Made by a program: the position numbers and the translations under genes
Notes under the pieces: model-generated
Told to the model about the DNA's origin: nothing
Database searches by the model: none
What the model saw: only the letters and a program-made list of their open reading frames with translations
Assembly (NCBI GenBank): GCA_004551865.1
Contig: SFPR01000002.1
Coordinates: forward strand, 874-64,873
DNA from: Bacteroidales bacterium
GTDB taxonomy: Bacteria; Bacteroidota; Bacteroidia; Bacteroidales; P3
Direction of reading: 5' to 3'
Length of the DNA stretch: 64,000 bases
Part shown: in pieces, positions 61,757 through 64,000 of the stretch
Layout of the letters: each line of letters starts with the position of its first letter
How positions within the stretch are numbered: the stretch's first letter is position 1

Positions 61757-64000
61757 ATGCAACACGATGTTTCTATAACAGATGAATTGAAAAGGCTGCA
61801 AGAAAGGCTTGCAGGCGAGTTGAGCTTTGATGCTCTTACATTGGTTTTGTACTCTACCGATGCGTCAGCTTACAGAGAGCGACCCTTGGCTGTGTTTTTC
61901 CCTTGTGAGGATTGCGAAAACGACATAAAAATTCTGCTTGACTTTTGCAGAAAGCACCAAACCTTTCTTATCCCTCGGGCTGCCGGCACTTCGCTTGCCG
62001 GTCAGGTTGTGGGAAAAGGGATTGTTGTCGATGTGAGTAGGCGAATGAACAAAATTTTGGAACTGAACAGCAAAGAAAGATGGGTAAGGGTTCAGCCGGG
62101 TGTGGTATTGGAGGAGCTAAACAACTATCTCAAACCTTTCGGATTGTTTTTTGCTCCCGAAACGTCAACTGCCCCGAAACGTCAACTGCCAATCGTTGTT
62201 GTGTGGGAGGAATGGCGGGAAATAACTCCTGCGGATTGCATTCTCTGGTCTATGGTTCGGTGAGGGAGCATATTTTGGAAGCACGTGTTTTGCTTTCAAA
62301 CGGAGAACAGACGGTGTTGAAGCAACTGAGCAAAGAGGAGTTTGAGGCAAAAACTAATATCGAAGGGCTTGAAGGGGAGATTTATCGCTTTGTGTCAGAC
62401 ATTCGCTCCGACATGGGTTTGAAAGAAAGAATTGAGCAGGCGTTTCCCGAAAAGTGTGTACCGAGACGAAACAATGGTTATGCTTTGGATTCTCTCTATG
62501 AGGGCGATGCTCCCAATCTTGCCAAGCTCTTTTGCGGAAGTGAAGGTACATTGGCTTTTGCAACCGAGCTGAAACTCAACCTTTTGCCTCTTCCTCCGAA
62601 AGAGAAAGCTGTATTGTGTGTTCATTTTGCCGACTTGTATGATAGTTTTGAGGGAAACCTCACCGCTTTGAGGCACAATCCTATGGCTGTTGAGCTTATG
62701 GACGACCATATTGTGGAGGCTGCATATCGCAATCCTGCTCAAAAGCAAAACACTTTCTTCATTCAGGGCAGTCCTAAGGCGGTGTTGATTGTCGAATTTG
62801 CAGACAACTGTCGTGAAATGCTGCTCAAAAAGGTGCAAGAGTGCAAGGCAGACTTTGAAAGAGAGAAAAAAGCATACGCATATAGTATTGTGGAAGGTCA
62901 CAAGGTTGCAAGGGTGTGGGCTTTGCGTAAGGCAGGCTTGGGGCTTTTGACAAACATTCCCGGAAACGACAAACCTGTTTCGGTGATTGAAGACACTGCC
63001 GTTGGAGTGGAGAAGTTACCAAATTACATGAGGGATTTCGAGAAGATTTTGGAGAAACACAATCTAAAATGTGTCTATCATGCTCACATTGCAACGGGAG
63101 AGCTTCATCTGAGACCTGTTCTCAACTTAAAAAAAGAGGAAGATGTGCAACTCTTCCGACAAATCAGCCGAGAAATTGCTCTTCTTGTAAAGAGATACAG
63201 AGGTTCTCTGAGCGGTGAACACGGAGACGGAAGACTGAGAGGGGAATGGATTCCTCTCATGTACGGAGAAGAGATTTATCGTTTGATGTGTCAAACAAAA
63301 AAGGTTTGGGATAAAGACAATGTTTTCAACTCGGGTAAGATTGTCAATACGCCTTCAATGAACGAAAGCCTGCGTTACCAAGGTGCAAATGCTCCCGAAA
63401 TAAAGACGTATTACTCTTTTGAAAAGGAGAAGGGCTTGCAGTGTGCGGCAGAGCGTTGCAACGGAGCTGCCGATTGCCGTAAGAGCCAAACGATAGGAGG
63501 GTTGATGTGTCCGACTTTCAAAGCCACAGGTTCGGAACTTGATACTCCGAGGGCAAGAGCCAACATAATCAGGGAGATGCTCTCTTTTTCTTGTGCCGAT
63601 GACCCTTTGAGCGAAAATATTGTCAAGAATGCGTTGGATAACTGTTTGATGTGTAAGGCTTGCAAGAGGGAATGCCCTTCCAATGTGGACATAACCAAGC
63701 TCAAAAGTGAGGTCTTGCAACACCATTACGACAAGCACGGCTATCCTTTGAGCGTTTTGATGATAAACTCTCTGCCAAAGTTTCAGCAAGTCGGCAGTAT
63801 GTTCCCCTCAATCTACAATTGGTTTGTGTCAAACGCTCTCACTTCTTCGGCTTTGAAAGCCCTCATGGGATTTGCTCCCCAAAGAGAGATACCGAAAATA
63901 TATCCTTGCAATTTCTCAAAGCAGTTTGACCAAGCGACAAAAGCAAACGGCAGGACGATTTATCTTTTTATCGACGAGTTTTCAAGATTTCAAGACACTT
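61757..64000 (+). pseudogene. YdiJ-like FAD-linked oxidase fused to an Fe-S (CCG-type) oxidoreductase, frameshifted by a 17-bp tandem duplication; continues past the window end
   Basis: The first frame (61757-62263) encodes an FAD-binding PCMH domain up to FAPETSTA and then terminates. The frame starting at 62188 reads ANRCCVGGMAGNNSCG...SGEHGDG...CxxCxxCxxxCP and stays open to position 64000. CCCGAAACGTCAACTGC occurs twice in tandem at 62156-62189. Confidence 0.8.
62156..62189 (+). repeat. perfect 17-bp tandem duplication (CCCGAAACGTCAACTGC x2)
   Basis: Read directly: unit 1 at 62156-62172 and unit 2 at 62173-62189. Removing one unit restores a single long reading frame. Confidence 0.95.

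Overview
This is a 64-kb chromosomal segment that looks like Bacteroidota (Bacteroidales-like). The evidence is a dcw cluster in the order mraZ-rsmH-ftsL-ftsI-murE-mraY-(murD)-ftsW-murG-murC-ftsQ-ftsA with no murF, two proteins with T9SS C-terminal sorting domains, an rnf operon, and TAnnTTTG -7 promoter boxes 20-55 nt upstream of many start codons with no Shine-Dalgarno sequences. I support about 57 protein genes, mostly housekeeping: cell wall and division, topoisomerase IV parC and parE, trxA/trxB, gltX, miaB, aroA, ssb, rpsT and a divergent EF-G paralog. There is also one tRNA-Glu(UUC), a higBA-like toxin-antitoxin pair, and one gene disrupted by a frameshift.

The most unusual content is non-coding. 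A modular family of intergenic repeats has three parts: (i) arrays of a 17-bp 7-3-7 palindrome TGATAAT-NNN-ATTATCA at five loci, one locus carrying a symmetry-preserving variant; (ii) terminator-like hairpins all built on an AAAACGGCG/CGCCGTTTT core; and (iii) a 110-250 bp element present in direct copies flanking the toxin-antitoxin pair. One hairpin-type repeat sits in frame inside aroA.

Gene-level oddities:
- The murD slot holds only a degenerate 178-aa C-terminal-domain remnant.
- The rnf operon carries an extra secreted-protein gene between rnfC and rnfD, and ends without rnfA.
- A ydiJ-like FAD/Fe-S oxidoreductase is frameshifted by a perfect 17-bp tandem duplication.
- A serpin-like lipoprotein appears to lack a reactive-centre loop.
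- A 74-aa protein consists of little more than a signal peptide plus a PEP-CTERM-like tail.

All homology calls come from motif recognition by eye. No database search was run. The ORF track uses TTG and GTG as starts, so several starts were re-chosen at ATG codons preceded by a promoter box or followed by a signal peptide.
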